IMG/VR virus record: IMGVR_UViG_3300037115_000242 | Direction: 5' to 3' (one strand) | Length of the DNA stretch: 64,000 bases | From: an uncultured virus (IMG/VR IMGVR_UViG_3300037115_000242) | Lineage: Duplodnaviria; Heunggongvirae; Uroviricota; Caudoviricetes | In this document: positions 8,568-17,716 of the stretch, piece by piece | Numbering within the stretch: the first letter of the stretch is position 1 | How the letters are laid out: each line of letters begins with the position of its first letter | The notes under the pieces: model-generated | What the model saw: only the letters and a program-made list of their open reading frames with translations | Databases searched by the model: none | Told to the model about the DNA's origin: nothing | Program-made: the position numbers and the translations under genes

Positions 8568-11177
8568 TCACTCGGGGTCGTTCCAGTCGGACCTCTTGAT
8601 GACGAAGCATCGAGCAGTCATGGTGCCGTCGATACGGACTGATCGAGTTCTGCGGCCTGCGCTGTCACGTACCAGCAGTTTGTCGAGTCGACCGGGGAGG
8701 TTGTTGGGGCCAGCGATCTGCCCCACGATGCCGGGAAGGAGCGCGATGCACTCCACCGACTCTCCGTCGATCTTGACGGTGGTGGGAACACCAACAGTGG
8801 TTTGGTTGGCGACAGCCGGACCTATGGCGAATCGACCTGAGGCCACCGCGTCTACGACCTTCGAGATGACCACGTCAGCCTCACCACCGGAGTAGAGGTT
8901 CACGACCGAGTGACGCTGAGTGGCTGTGATCAACTGGTCATGCCACTTCGTCTCGGTCGCAATGAGTTGTTCTTCGGTGAAGTACCCGGTTCCTTGAACC
9001 CATTCGAGGAAGGTCGACGCGCCTGCGAGGAAGGTTCCCGCGACGTCGCGTACTCGTGGCGAGGTGTCGGCAACTCTTGTGGCGACCGCTTCGGAAGTGA
9101 TGCGAGTGCGCTCACTGGAGAGTGATGCCTTCCATTTCTCAAGCCCGCCCTCATATGCAATCCATTGGCACGCCGCCACCAAGAAAGCGGATGAGATGGG
9201 AACGAGCGCGTGGTCGCGGGAGAGTTCAGTGAAGTGTTCGTGGCCCGAGATTCCGCTCGGAGTGTCACCGGCTGGACGAAGTGACGTGGCCTTGTCGACT
9301 TCGATGACGAGGCAACGCTCGATGGACGACTGACGCTCCGCCTCGGGGAGAACCTCACCGACAATGCAGAGGAAGAAGCGGTTGTACTTGGGCTTCTCTT
9401 GCACCCAGTCACCGTTGGCGTTGCGAACTTGCTTAGGAGCGAACGCACCACCGCCACCGTACGCGGGACGAATCAGTGCTTCGAGTCCATCGGCCTGAGT
9501 GTCTTGTGCTCGACTTGATGAACGACCACGAACGTCGTCCACCACGAGGAGCATGTTGTGGGGTTGCTTCACGAGGTCACGGAGATATGCGCTGGAGCCG
9601 TCAGCCGACGCCATTGGGTTCATGGCGGTGCCCCACTGTGGGGAGAGGAAACTGGAGACGAGTCCCATGATTGATGACTTGCCTGACCCCTCTCCACCAA
9701 GGATGTAGAGCACCGCGTCGGGGTCGCCGCCAGCGAGTGCCCAAAAGAGTGCCGAGACACTGGCAATCCAGGGAGTTGAGTCAACGAGGTAATTCTCCAC
9801 GTCGAAGAATTTGTCGAGGGCATCGAAGAGAATCTTCATATCGAAGTTCTCGTTGAAGCCAGGGATGCTGAGTGAGGCGAGACTGCCTTCGAGTTTGGCT
9901 ACGACGTCGGTGCGCTTGCGAGACGTGGTGTGTGAGCCATCGACGTCGCTCCACATCGGCTCTCCGTCATACTCATACCAGCCGGAGTTTGGTCGCGAGA
10001 CACGCTGCTTGAACTCTCTCGTCTTCATGTCGGCACGGATGGCCTCAGCGATGCGGAGTCCGCCCATGAGTCCGAGTCCGTTGCTTCCGAGTTCCGTCTG
10101 GAGTCCTTCGATACCGGCGCGGGCGAGCCACCTGCGCACGTTCCCGAGGTCGTTGTCGGGCACGTCGTAGATCACCTGCTCTCGGCAGTCGTCTTCGGGA
10201 CCGAACTGCACTTTGAGGTCGAAGGAATATGACGCCTCGACGCCGGGGGTGAGGTCGTTGTCGTTGACGATCACTGATTCCACCGTCACAGCGGCGTGGA
10301 GCAATGTATCAACTCGACGGACGTTTCGTTCATCGACCACTCCCGCGATAGGACGTGCCTCTTGCTCGCGGGGTACCGATCCGTCGTCATCGATCTTCTC
10401 GAATTCCACGGTGCAGATTTCACCGAGCAACACCGACACGTAGGAGAATGTGGCGTCCTTGGAGTCGACTGAGACCTTGCGTTTGGCGGGCTTCTTCACC
10501 TTGTTGAATGGCACCGCCTTGGCAAGAATTTCGGAGAAGGCCGAGCCACGATTAGCGACGGCGCGGTTCGCAAGAAAGTCATCGAGACCGACTGACCGAG
10601 AGCCAGGGATTGGAGCGAACTTGACCGACTTCGCTCCAATGACGGAGAGTGTCTCAGTGAGAGACTCACCAGCGTTGTAGACATCGGGGTTGCTGGAGAC
10701 GTCGGCGTCGAAGATGACGATGACATCCTTGCCTTGCACCACGTCGTCAAGAGCGGCAAGACCCTGACCGTTGGATGACCAACCCCAACACCCTTGAATA
10801 CCGACGACGAGCACGTCATCAGGTGCATACGTCGTGGCGAAGATCATTTGCTTGGTTCCTTCAATGATGGCGACCGTGGGGCGGTCGGTTGTCATGAGTG
10901 GGTTGATCGAGAGCACTGAACCGGAGTTACGAGGGAAGATGTATTTTGGTCCGTCCTTCGGGTTGTCGGGACGGAACTGAGGGACGATTTCGCCATCGGG
11001 CGAGTGGTGTGCGAAGAGGAGACCGGGAAGAAAACCCTTGAGGTATTTCAGTGATTCGGGAAGTTCGGCCTCAGTCGTGACGGTGGTGACTTCTTGGGCG
11101 ACTGCGGTGGCGATGATGGCTGGGTCATCGGCGAACTGAGAGAGTGCGTGGGCCGGTGAGATGGACTTCGTGCTCAC
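8568..11177 (-). CDS. Toprim primase / P-loop helicase replication protein
   Basis: IIEGTKQ, IFDAD, GLDDFL (Toprim, DUF3854-like); Walker A GGEGSGKSS and Walker B LLVVDD. Confidence 0.75.
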   Translation of the reverse strand: MSTKSISPAHALSQFADDPAIIATAVAQEVTTVTTEAELPESLKYLKGFLPGLLFAHHSPDGEIVPQFRPDNPKDGPKYIFPRNSGSVLSINPLMTTDRPTVAIIEGTKQMIFATTYAPDDVLVVGIQGCWGWSSNGQGLAALDDVVQGKDVIVIFDADVSSNPDVYNAGESLTETLSVIGAKSVKFAPIPGSRSVGLDDFLANRAVANRGSAFSEILAKAVPFNKVKKPAKRKVSVDSKDATFSYVSVLLGEICTVEFEKIDDDGSVPREQEARPIAGVVDERNVRRVDTLLHAAVTVESVIVNDNDLTPGVEASYSFDLKVQFGPEDDCREQVIYDVPDNDLGNVRRWLARAGIEGLQTELGSNGLGLMGGLRIAEAIRADMKTREFKQRVSRPNSGWYEYDGEPMWSDVDGSHTTSRKRTDVVAKLEGSLASLSIPGFNENFDMKILFDALDKFFDVENYLVDSTPWIASVSALFWALAGGDPDAVLYILGGEGSGKSSIMGLVSSFLSPQWGTAMNPMASADGSSAYLRDLVKQPHNMLLVVDDVRGRSSSRAQDTQADGLEALIRPAYGGGGAFAPKQVRNANGDWVQEKPKYNRFFLCIVGEVLPEAERQSSIERCLVIEVDKATSLRPAGDTPSGISGHEHFTELSRDHALVPISSAFLVAACQWIAYEGGLEKWKASLSSERTRITSEAVATRVADTSPRVRDVAGTFLAGASTFLEWVQGTGYFTEEQLIATETKWHDQLITATQRHSVVNLYSGGEADVVISKVVDAVASGRFAIGPAVANQTTVGVPTTVKIDGESVECIALLPGIVGQIAGPNNLPGRLDKLLVRDSAGRRTRSVRIDGTMTARCFVIKRSDWNDPE

Positions 11178-11319
11178 GACACGACCCCCTGAAACTTCTG
11201 CATATGGTGACTCCTCTGGCTGTGGTCTCCCACTAGCCCTGCGCCGCGACTTTAGCCCCGCGCACTGCCGATGGAGTGGACCCTATTGAGAACCCCATCG
11301 TGGGGCTCCTTGGTGCAAC

Positions 11320-11700
11320 CATAACACGTTGTCACACTAGGTCACGCCTTTTGTGACAGACCAAAAACCAAGGCGCAACACGGCGAAAACCCTTATATAT
11401 AAATAAATATGAACTATTTTCAGTATATAGATATAGGAAGAGTCACGCATAAACACTCGTTTCGAGAGTAATACCTATGTAAACTCATATTTTCATCATC
11501 TCAGACTGTCGATCACGTGGTCGTAATTTTCATCCCTATTACACATACATCTCCCGGTGGTTACGCGTGACAAACTGGTATTTATTGCTTTTGATCAGGT
11601 AAATCTAGTGTCCAATCCGTGACCAAATGGCTTATTTTGTGCCACTTTTCGGTCCGAAACCGGCCATTTCTTACCCAAAATCTATGGTCTAAAGATCATG
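11320..11700. other. AT-rich non-coding region, putative replication origin
   Basis: Marked AT enrichment (TTATATATAAATAAATATG), repeated GTCAC/GTGAC words, directly upstream of the primase-helicase gene. Confidence 0.45.
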
Positions 11701-11894
11701 GGTCGTGTAATTTTGACCCCTTATGACCCATTCTCCGACCACCAAAAAGCCCCATCGGGGCTCCATCACCGTCATCAAGGGCGGTCGTCGTGTCAGAACC
11801 GTGGTCGAGTGCCGTCAGGAGACATGCCACCACATCGAGCGCCCCGTTCCAGCCATCGTCAGGTAGGGCTAGTACCTCCCATAAGGAGGCAATC

Positions 11895-12158
11895 ATGGCT
11901 ACGAAGATCAAAGGTCTCGACATCTCCGACCTCGATCTCATTCGTGCCGAGCACGGCGGCGTTGATGGTGCCGGTCGTGACGACGACGTCCTCTGGACTG
12001 TCGTCTTTCGTGCCAAGAAGAAGCGCGGCCAGCCCGAAGAACTGCTCCCCATGAACTTGCACATTGCCCCGAGGTTCGATGCCAGGTCGCTCGCTCGCGA
12101 GTACGGATATCGGTCGCTCAACGGCTCCACTGTCGTCTCGATGGAGGCTTACTCGTAG
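11895..12158 (+). CDS. Hypothetical protein (87 aa)
   Basis: AAGGAGG RBS before ATG 11895 (MATKIKGLDISD...). Confidence 0.65.
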   Translation: MATKIKGLDISDLDLIRAEHGGVDGAGRDDDVLWTVVFRAKKKRGQPEELLPMNLHIAPRFDARSLAREYGYRSLNGSTVVSMEAYS

Positions 12159-12391
12159 CACCCATAGACGAAGGTGGGAATAGTGCCCGAGTCACCAACC
12201 AAGGAGTTCATAGATGGCCATGATTGAGATGCAACTCACGAAGGACTGCACAGAAGTTGACTGCCCCGGCCAGATTCCGTTCGACCATATCGAGCAGTCT
12301 CGTTGCGACGCTCATGGAGAAACCACTGACGAGGCATAGCCCTACCCTCATGAAGAATTCACGGGTGAAGGTCCACAAATACACTCCCTCA

Positions 12392-12422
12392 TCGCACCCA
12401 TAGTTAGGGTTAGATACGGAGG
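12392..12422 (+). promoter_or_regulatory. GCACCCATA motif plus RBS block, near-identical to 30121-30151
   Basis: TCGCACCCATAGTTAGGGTTAGATACGGAGG versus TCGCACCCATAGTTAGGGTTAGAGACGGAGG. Confidence 0.75.
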
Positions 12423-12427
12423 CAGTG

Positions 12428-13342
12428 ATGGCACGAGCACAGAAGCGCCAAGCAAAGGGCACACCCAAGGGTGGAGAGTTCGCGGAAGATCGCAAGCCCG
12501 ACGGCCCCGAACTGCGCAAGCCAGCCAAGACCGAAGCGATGCTGGCCGAACTCTCCGCTGGTGTCCGTGATCTCACCACGTCAGAAAAGTGGACAGCGTA
12601 TCTCGACACACAGAGCAAGTTTCATGCGTACTCATTCAACAACGCGCTTCTCATCGCACTTCAAAATCCCACCGCTACCCGCGTCGCGGGCTACAACAAG
12701 TGGAAGGAACTTGACCACCAAGTCAAGAAGGGTGAGCACGGCATCGTGATCCTCGCGCCTATCGTTCGCACTAAGAAAGACGAAGACGGAGACAAAGAGA
12801 AGGACAAGAAATACATCGCTGGCTTCACCACGGTCTCCGTCTTCGACGTCAGTCAAACAGACGGTCCGCCACTTCCCGAGGCTGTCACCAAACTGGAAGG
12901 GGTCGACGCCGAGGGGCAATTTAAGAGCCTCTCAGACGTCGCAGAGACCTTCGGATTCAGCGTCGAGAAAGTAGATGACGCAACTCTCGGCGGAGCCAAC
13001 GGTGACTGTGATCCCAGGACCAAGCGCATTCGGGTCAAGGCCAGCAACGGTGGAAAACAGCAGGTCAAGACCCTTGCTCACGAACTCGGCCATGCTCTCC
13101 TCCACGAAGAGGACAGTGATCTCCCTCGTGGTCACAAGGAAGTCGAGGCGGAGTCGGTGGCCTACGTAGTGAGTCAATCACTCGGCATCGACAGCAGTGA
13201 CTACTCCTTCGGGTACCTCGCACACTGGTTGAAGGGTGACCCGGACGAGGCTGAGAAGACGATCAAGTCGTCAGGGATGCGTATTCAGAAGGCCGCTCAT
13301 CAGATCATCGAAGCGTTCGACAAGATTCCGGTGACGGCATAA
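12428..13342 (+). CDS. ardC: Leader-tagged ArdC-like antirestriction/ssDNA-binding protein with metallopeptidase-like domain
   Basis: KRQAKGTPKGGEFAEDRKPDGPEL leader; FHAYSFNNALLI, VAGYNKW, VKKGEHG, VFDVSQT; LAHELGH and EVEAESVAY. Confidence 0.8.
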   Translation: MARAQKRQAKGTPKGGEFAEDRKPDGPELRKPAKTEAMLAELSAGVRDLTTSEKWTAYLDTQSKFHAYSFNNALLIALQNPTATRVAGYNKWKELDHQVKKGEHGIVILAPIVRTKKDEDGDKEKDKKYIAGFTTVSVFDVSQTDGPPLPEAVTKLEGVDAEGQFKSLSDVAETFGFSVEKVDDATLGGANGDCDPRTKRIRVKASNGGKQQVKTLAHELGHALLHEEDSDLPRGHKEVEAESVAYVVSQSLGIDSSDYSFGYLAHWLKGDPDEAEKTIKSSGMRIQKAAHQIIEAFDKIPVTA

Positions 13343-13656
13343 AAGACGACAGCGAACACTCCGAAGAATGTCCGCTGTCGCTGCCCAGAGTCACCTGTCA
13401 AGCAAAAACGATTGTAGACGGAGAACTTATGCAATCTCGCAAGAACCAAATAATTCTCCCTGTGACGTTAGGATGTGTTCATGTCAACTAAGTCGCCAGT
13501 CAAATCGGTTGCCACTACACGAAGCATCATTGAAGAGAGCGGCTTTACGATTGCTGAGTTCGAGATACTCGCCTACGAAGACTTCTACACCGAGGATTTC
13601 GACGGCGATGACTTGGTTGAAACTTGGGTTGCATGTCAGCCACACGCAATCGCTAG

Positions 13657-14082
13657 TTAGTCTCCGAAATCCCCAAAGTCTTTGCTGGCGTACGCGCTGG
13701 CGTCGAGTGAAACCTGTGCAAGCGATTCGTCGAGCACACCTTCTACCTCACCTTTGATCTTGCCCCGGAAGATTCTCTGCACGGTGTAGTCATCCTCGTT
13801 CGTGAGGTAGATATGCACCGAATACCCCTGACTCACCGGCAGAGCCATCCCGACCGGCTTACGGGTTTCGTCACTAATGATGAGCACTCGTCCACCACTG
13901 ATCGCGAGCACGTTCCTCGTGCCGAGCACCTTGAGAGCACCCGCGTGATTGAATCCATAGCCACCGACATTCTCCGGCATCGTGGCGAGACGAACCGCTG
14001 GACGGAGTTCCGTCCCTTCGGGCTTACGTCCCTCAGCGAACTGTCCGCCTTCTGGTGTGCCTCTCGGTACTCGTGGGGTCAT
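13657..14082 (-). CDS. Leader-tagged hypothetical protein
   Basis: MTPRVPRGTPEGGQFAEGRKPEGTEL followed by about 115 aa cargo. Confidence 0.85.
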   Translation of the reverse strand: MTPRVPRGTPEGGQFAEGRKPEGTELRPAVRLATMPENVGGYGFNHAGALKVLGTRNVLAISGGRVLIISDETRKPVGMALPVSQGYSVHIYLTNEDDYTVQRIFRGKIKGEVEGVLDESLAQVSLDASAYASKDFGDFGD

Positions 14083-14093
14083 GACGTGCTCTC

Positions 14094-14561
14094 TTAGTGG
14101 AGGTCGTAGGAGGGTTGTGCGTGGGTGGACTTCTGCGCTGCGTCCCCCGACACCAGAGCAATCGTATTGCGCGTGAGCGAGTGTACGACGTTCATCTGGT
14201 TCGTTCGATTTGAGCGGCCACGAGTGGCAAGACCACGAAGTGTCTCACTGACACGTTCGTCGATCCAGTTCTCCGCCAACTTGCGAGTGTCTACACCCTT
14301 GGCGAATCCCGTGCCCACTACTTTGCGAGGTGGGACGATCTTGTCGTCGAGATCAGCCTGAAGTTTCTGGAGGTACGAGAGATCGTTCCTCAGATCATGT
14401 TCGCTGAATCCCGTCTTCGTGCCCGACCAGATTGCTTCGAACTCGGCGAGGGCTTCGGGGGTGTAGTACGAATCGCTGGCGAGGTCGCCGCCGTCGGGCT
14501 TACGTGACTCGGTGAACTGTCCGCCGACAGGTGAGCCTTTGGGTGCTCGTCGCTGATTCAT
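14094..14561 (-). CDS. Leader-tagged hypothetical protein
   Basis: MNQRRAPKGSPVGGQFTESRKPDGGDL; GGAGGT RBS; GCACCCATA at 14588-14596. Confidence 0.85.
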   Translation of the reverse strand: MNQRRAPKGSPVGGQFTESRKPDGGDLASDSYYTPEALAEFEAIWSGTKTGFSEHDLRNDLSYLQKLQADLDDKIVPPRKVVGTGFAKGVDTRKLAENWIDERVSETLRGLATRGRSNRTNQMNVVHSLTRNTIALVSGDAAQKSTHAQPSYDLH

Positions 14562-14613
14562 CTTTCACCTCCTTCTCTACCCCTAGTTATGGGTGCGAAT
14601 TGAGGTGTGTCCT

Positions 14614-14793
14614 TTACGAGGTGATGACGTACTGTCGATATCGCTCACTGGGTTTGGTCCCAGTCGGATTTTTTGGGCAATTATGGGACACTGTCGTGGC
14701 AATTGCCTTAACCCGGTCCTTGCAAAGCGGGCATTCAAATGTCTTCATCTTCGACTTCGGTGTCTCTGCGGTCTTTGTCTCAGTCATTGTCAT
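14614..14793 (-). CDS. Small Zn-finger-like protein (59 aa, below the ORF track cutoff), probably leaderless mRNA
   Basis: MTMTETKTAETPKSKMKTFECPLCKDRVKAIATTVSHNCPKNP...; ATG 7 nt after GCACCCATAAC (core at 14803-14811). Confidence 0.6.
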   Translation of the reverse strand: MTMTETKTAETPKSKMKTFECPLCKDRVKAIATTVSHNCPKNPTGTKPSERYRQYVITS

Positions 14794-14827
14794 GCCTCTA
14801 GTTATGGGTGCGATCCCGAATCTCTAT

Positions 14828-15385
14828 CTACGAGAGCGCATAGAGCGTGGCGGCGGAGAACTGGCAGTACCCATCCAAGAAGGTGGTCTCGGTGTACGGA
14901 TCGACTAACACCACATTGCCTTGGGGCTTCGGGCGCTCGGAGTAAGGGGCGTAGTCAACCGCGATCAACAGGAGAGGGACCGGGTGGTTCCACACAGGCG
15001 CACTTCCGTCCTTGTTCTCGAAGGGGACCGTGCGCTCTTGGAAGAGAACTGTGAGCACGTCTTCGCTGGTGTCTTCGAGGTTGAACTCGTCGGCGTACAG
15101 CGCGTCTTGAATCTTGATCGTCTGAAAGAACGCGACGAAGGAGAGCATGAAGTCATAACGGAGACCAAACGCTTCATCGTTGCCAGCATCGTTGTCGGGG
15201 AGACCTTCGTACTCCATGCCGATGATCTTGGCTACCAAGTCGGTCGTTGAGTCGGAGACGAGTGCTTCACCATTGGGCTGGAACAACAAGAAGCGCCACG
15301 CGCCGTCTGCGTTCGGGTACTCCGGTAATGCCGCCGCTCCATTTGCATCAGTCACCGGAGCGTCAGCGGGGATGACTGCCAACAT
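14828..15385 (-). CDS. Hypothetical protein
   Basis: 185 aa with AAAGGA RBS. Confidence 0.7.
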   Translation of the reverse strand: MLAVIPADAPVTDANGAAALPEYPNADGAWRFLLFQPNGEALVSDSTTDLVAKIIGMEYEGLPDNDAGNDEAFGLRYDFMLSFVAFFQTIKIQDALYADEFNLEDTSEDVLTVLFQERTVPFENKDGSAPVWNHPVPLLLIAVDYAPYSERPKPQGNVVLVDPYTETTFLDGYCQFSAATLYALS

Positions 15386-15555
15386 GGTTTTCCTTTCGTC
15401 TTCTGCTCATCTCTATAGCCCACCCTTGTATCCACGCCACCCATTTGAAAACCAGCCCGTTGTCACAGACTGGGGCTATAGATGTGAGTGGAACCGCATG
15501 TTGCGGTTTGAAAAGTAAGCGGTGCTCGACACCGGCAAAGAGAAAGCAGAACCAA

Positions 15556-16056
15556 ATGTCACAGACGAAACTGTCAGGCAACCTGACTAAGGACCCGCAG
15601 TTCTTCAGCAATGAGAACTCGTCCGATGTGGTGATGTTCACCATCGCGGAAAACGTGAACAAGGACACGGAGTACGCAAAAACGTACTACCACTCTGTCA
15701 AGGTTCGTGGGGCCAAGGCTAAGGCGGTTGCCAGCGCACTCTCAAAGGGTGCCCTCGTGAAGATCGAGGGAGCGTTGGAGTCGTACACGAAGGAAGGCGT
15801 CTTCCAAACCGACAAAGATGGGGCCGTCACGACGTACCCTGTTGTCTTTTGGGGTCTCACTGCTTTCGTGGTCGATGTCTACGACCGCGAGAACAGCGGT
15901 TGGAAGTCAGTCATTAAGTCCGAGCCCAAGGGTGACAAGACTGAGTCGAAGTCTGGTGACGACGACGAAGCCGGTGAAGTCAAGACCAAGGACAAGGCCA
16001 AGAAGACTGAGTCGAAGGCGGCTACCCCCGCTTCCGATGACGACGACGAGTTCTAG
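15556..16056 (+). CDS. ssb: Single-stranded DNA-binding protein
   Basis: SGNLTKDP, FTIAEN, LSKGALVKIEGAL, acidic tail DDDDEF; start corrected to ATG 15556. Confidence 0.85.
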   Translation: MSQTKLSGNLTKDPQFFSNENSSDVVMFTIAENVNKDTEYAKTYYHSVKVRGAKAKAVASALSKGALVKIEGALESYTKEGVFQTDKDGAVTTYPVVFWGLTAFVVDVYDRENSGWKSVIKSEPKGDKTESKSGDDDEAGEVKTKDKAKKTESKAATPASDDDDEF

Positions 16057-16071
16057 TCACATCAACCTCAC

Positions 16072-16114
16072 CCACAAAACCCGCGAGCAGATACAACGCT
16101 CGCGGGTTTTGTGG
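16072..16114. terminator. Perfect 17-bp inverted repeat after ssb
   Basis: CCACAAAACCCGCGAGC ... GCTCGCGGGTTTTGTGG. Confidence 0.8.
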
Positions 16115-16129
16115 TCGTAGGCTTCTCTA

Positions 16130-16918
16130 ATGCCAACCAACGAAGATGACGGGTTTGCACCAAGGCCGTCAGAACATTCGTTGCTACGAAATGTTCCTCC
16201 TGTCACTCCGCCGGTCGTTAGTGCGAAACGAACGAAGCGTGTAAAGAGCGAGAAGGTTCCCAAGGAGCCGAAGCCGCCGAAAGAGCCGACCCCACCGAAG
16301 GGACCAAAGCCTCCGAAGAAAGCGAAGGTTCTCAATCCAGATCGCAAGCCGAGGAAACTCGCGACCATCATTCTCATCGTGATCATCTTCATTGCGGCGT
16401 TGGCTGGAGTCAGATCACTGATCGGATCATCGAAGCCCCTCGGCATCACGACAACCACGACGACGACACATCCAGTCACCACCACTACACATCCGGTGAC
16501 GACCACCACGCATCCCACGACGACAACCACCCTGCGTCATCACCATCGTCCTCCTCCGACAACCACGACGACACATCCAGTCACCACCACCACTCATCCC
16601 GTGACGACCACCACGCATCCTCCAACTACGACGACGACTCGTCCTCCTCCGACAACCACAACGACATTGCCCAAGCGTTCGTTCACAATCTCACTCAGTT
16701 GCCTCGCGGGGGTGCGGGTGACGTTCAATGGCTCCGGCACCGGTACAAGGAACTCAATGAGTGTTTCAGGACCGGGTGCCTCAGGAACGAGAGACGGGGC
16801 GAACGTGTCGTTTTCCTTCACCTCTCAAGCGGGGAACTACACTGCGACCGATACTGACAACGGTGGCTCGGTGAACGTGAATGTCGTTACAAACAACGGC
16901 AATTGCTCTCTCCAGTAA
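16130..16918 (+). CDS. Membrane-anchored protein with Thr/His/Pro-rich stalk
   Basis: Lys/Pro-rich N-terminus, one TM helix, (H)PVTTTT repeats, small disulfide-bonded beta domain. Confidence 0.75.
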   Translation: MPTNEDDGFAPRPSEHSLLRNVPPVTPPVVSAKRTKRVKSEKVPKEPKPPKEPTPPKGPKPPKKAKVLNPDRKPRKLATIILIVIIFIAALAGVRSLIGSSKPLGITTTTTTTHPVTTTTHPVTTTTHPTTTTTLRHHHRPPPTTTTTHPVTTTTHPVTTTTHPPTTTTTRPPPTTTTTLPKRSFTISLSCLAGVRVTFNGSGTGTRNSMSVSGPGASGTRDGANVSFSFTSQAGNYTATDTDNGGSVNVNVVTNNGNCSLQ

Positions 16919-17072
16919 TCGTTGGGGCGGAGCACTTCGGATGGGGCCAGAGTGCTTGTAGAAGGAAACTTCTGATAGCACCCATAGAAGTAGAAGAGAG
17001 GCAAGTTGCCAATCTTTCAGATCAATTGGATTGACAGAGTTTCTCTGCCCCTACCAAGACAAGGAGAATCAA

Positions 17073-17543
17073 ATGAAGTTAAGTAAATTCACACGAGGCA
17101 CAGTTGTTGCTCTCATGTTTGGTGCAGTGTTGCCAATCGTGGGCATCGGTGTCCTTTCCAATGCCGCTGGTGCGGCCACGACCTATACCGCTACTTCAAC
17201 CGACGGCACCGTCTTCACGGCGTCTTCGTTGCAGGACGCGCAGGTCGAAGCGGCGGCAGAGAACATTTCAGTTGGTCTCGTCGCTAACCCCACCGGAGCC
17301 TTTGACTTCGCCGGGTTCAACCAGTCAGTGTGCATGGAGGCGGGTGAGCACTACAACGGTGACTTCACCAAGTGGCTCGGTGCCACGGCGTCTGCCACGG
17401 CCAACTGCCAGTACAACAGCACTCCTCCCACGACCCTTTTCTGCTACAAGGTTTCGAACCGAAACGTTGTGAAGGCTGAGATTGGTGTGGACGTGAAGTG
17501 CCCCGCCGGTTACACCAAGAACATCAAGGCGGCGAAGAAGTAA
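17073..17543 (+). CDS. Secreted hypothetical protein
   Basis: AAGGAG RBS, signal peptide ending AAGA, 4 Cys; GCACCCATA at 16978-16986. Confidence 0.75.
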   Translation: MKLSKFTRGTVVALMFGAVLPIVGIGVLSNAAGAATTYTATSTDGTVFTASSLQDAQVEAAAENISVGLVANPTGAFDFAGFNQSVCMEAGEHYNGDFTKWLGATASATANCQYNSTPPTTLFCYKVSNRNVVKAEIGVDVKCPAGYTKNIKAAKK

Positions 17544-17559
17544 CCCCATCCCTCTAAGA

Positions 17560-17599
17560 CAAAAATCTGCTCCGGGTATTCCACCGGAGCGGATTTTTG
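17560..17599 (+). terminator. Intrinsic terminator
   Basis: CAAAAATCTGCTCCGG ... CCGGAGCGGATTTTTG hairpin after the stop codon. Confidence 0.8.
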
Positions 17600-17716
17600 C
17601 TGTCTGTATGGCTTTTCACGCTCCTGAATTAAGTCGCGGAACCGGCCAAGAAACAAAGGGATCGAGAGTATCATGACGTGCGAGTCTCAGGTCGAGTCCA
17701 CGGAGGGTTCTCAAAC

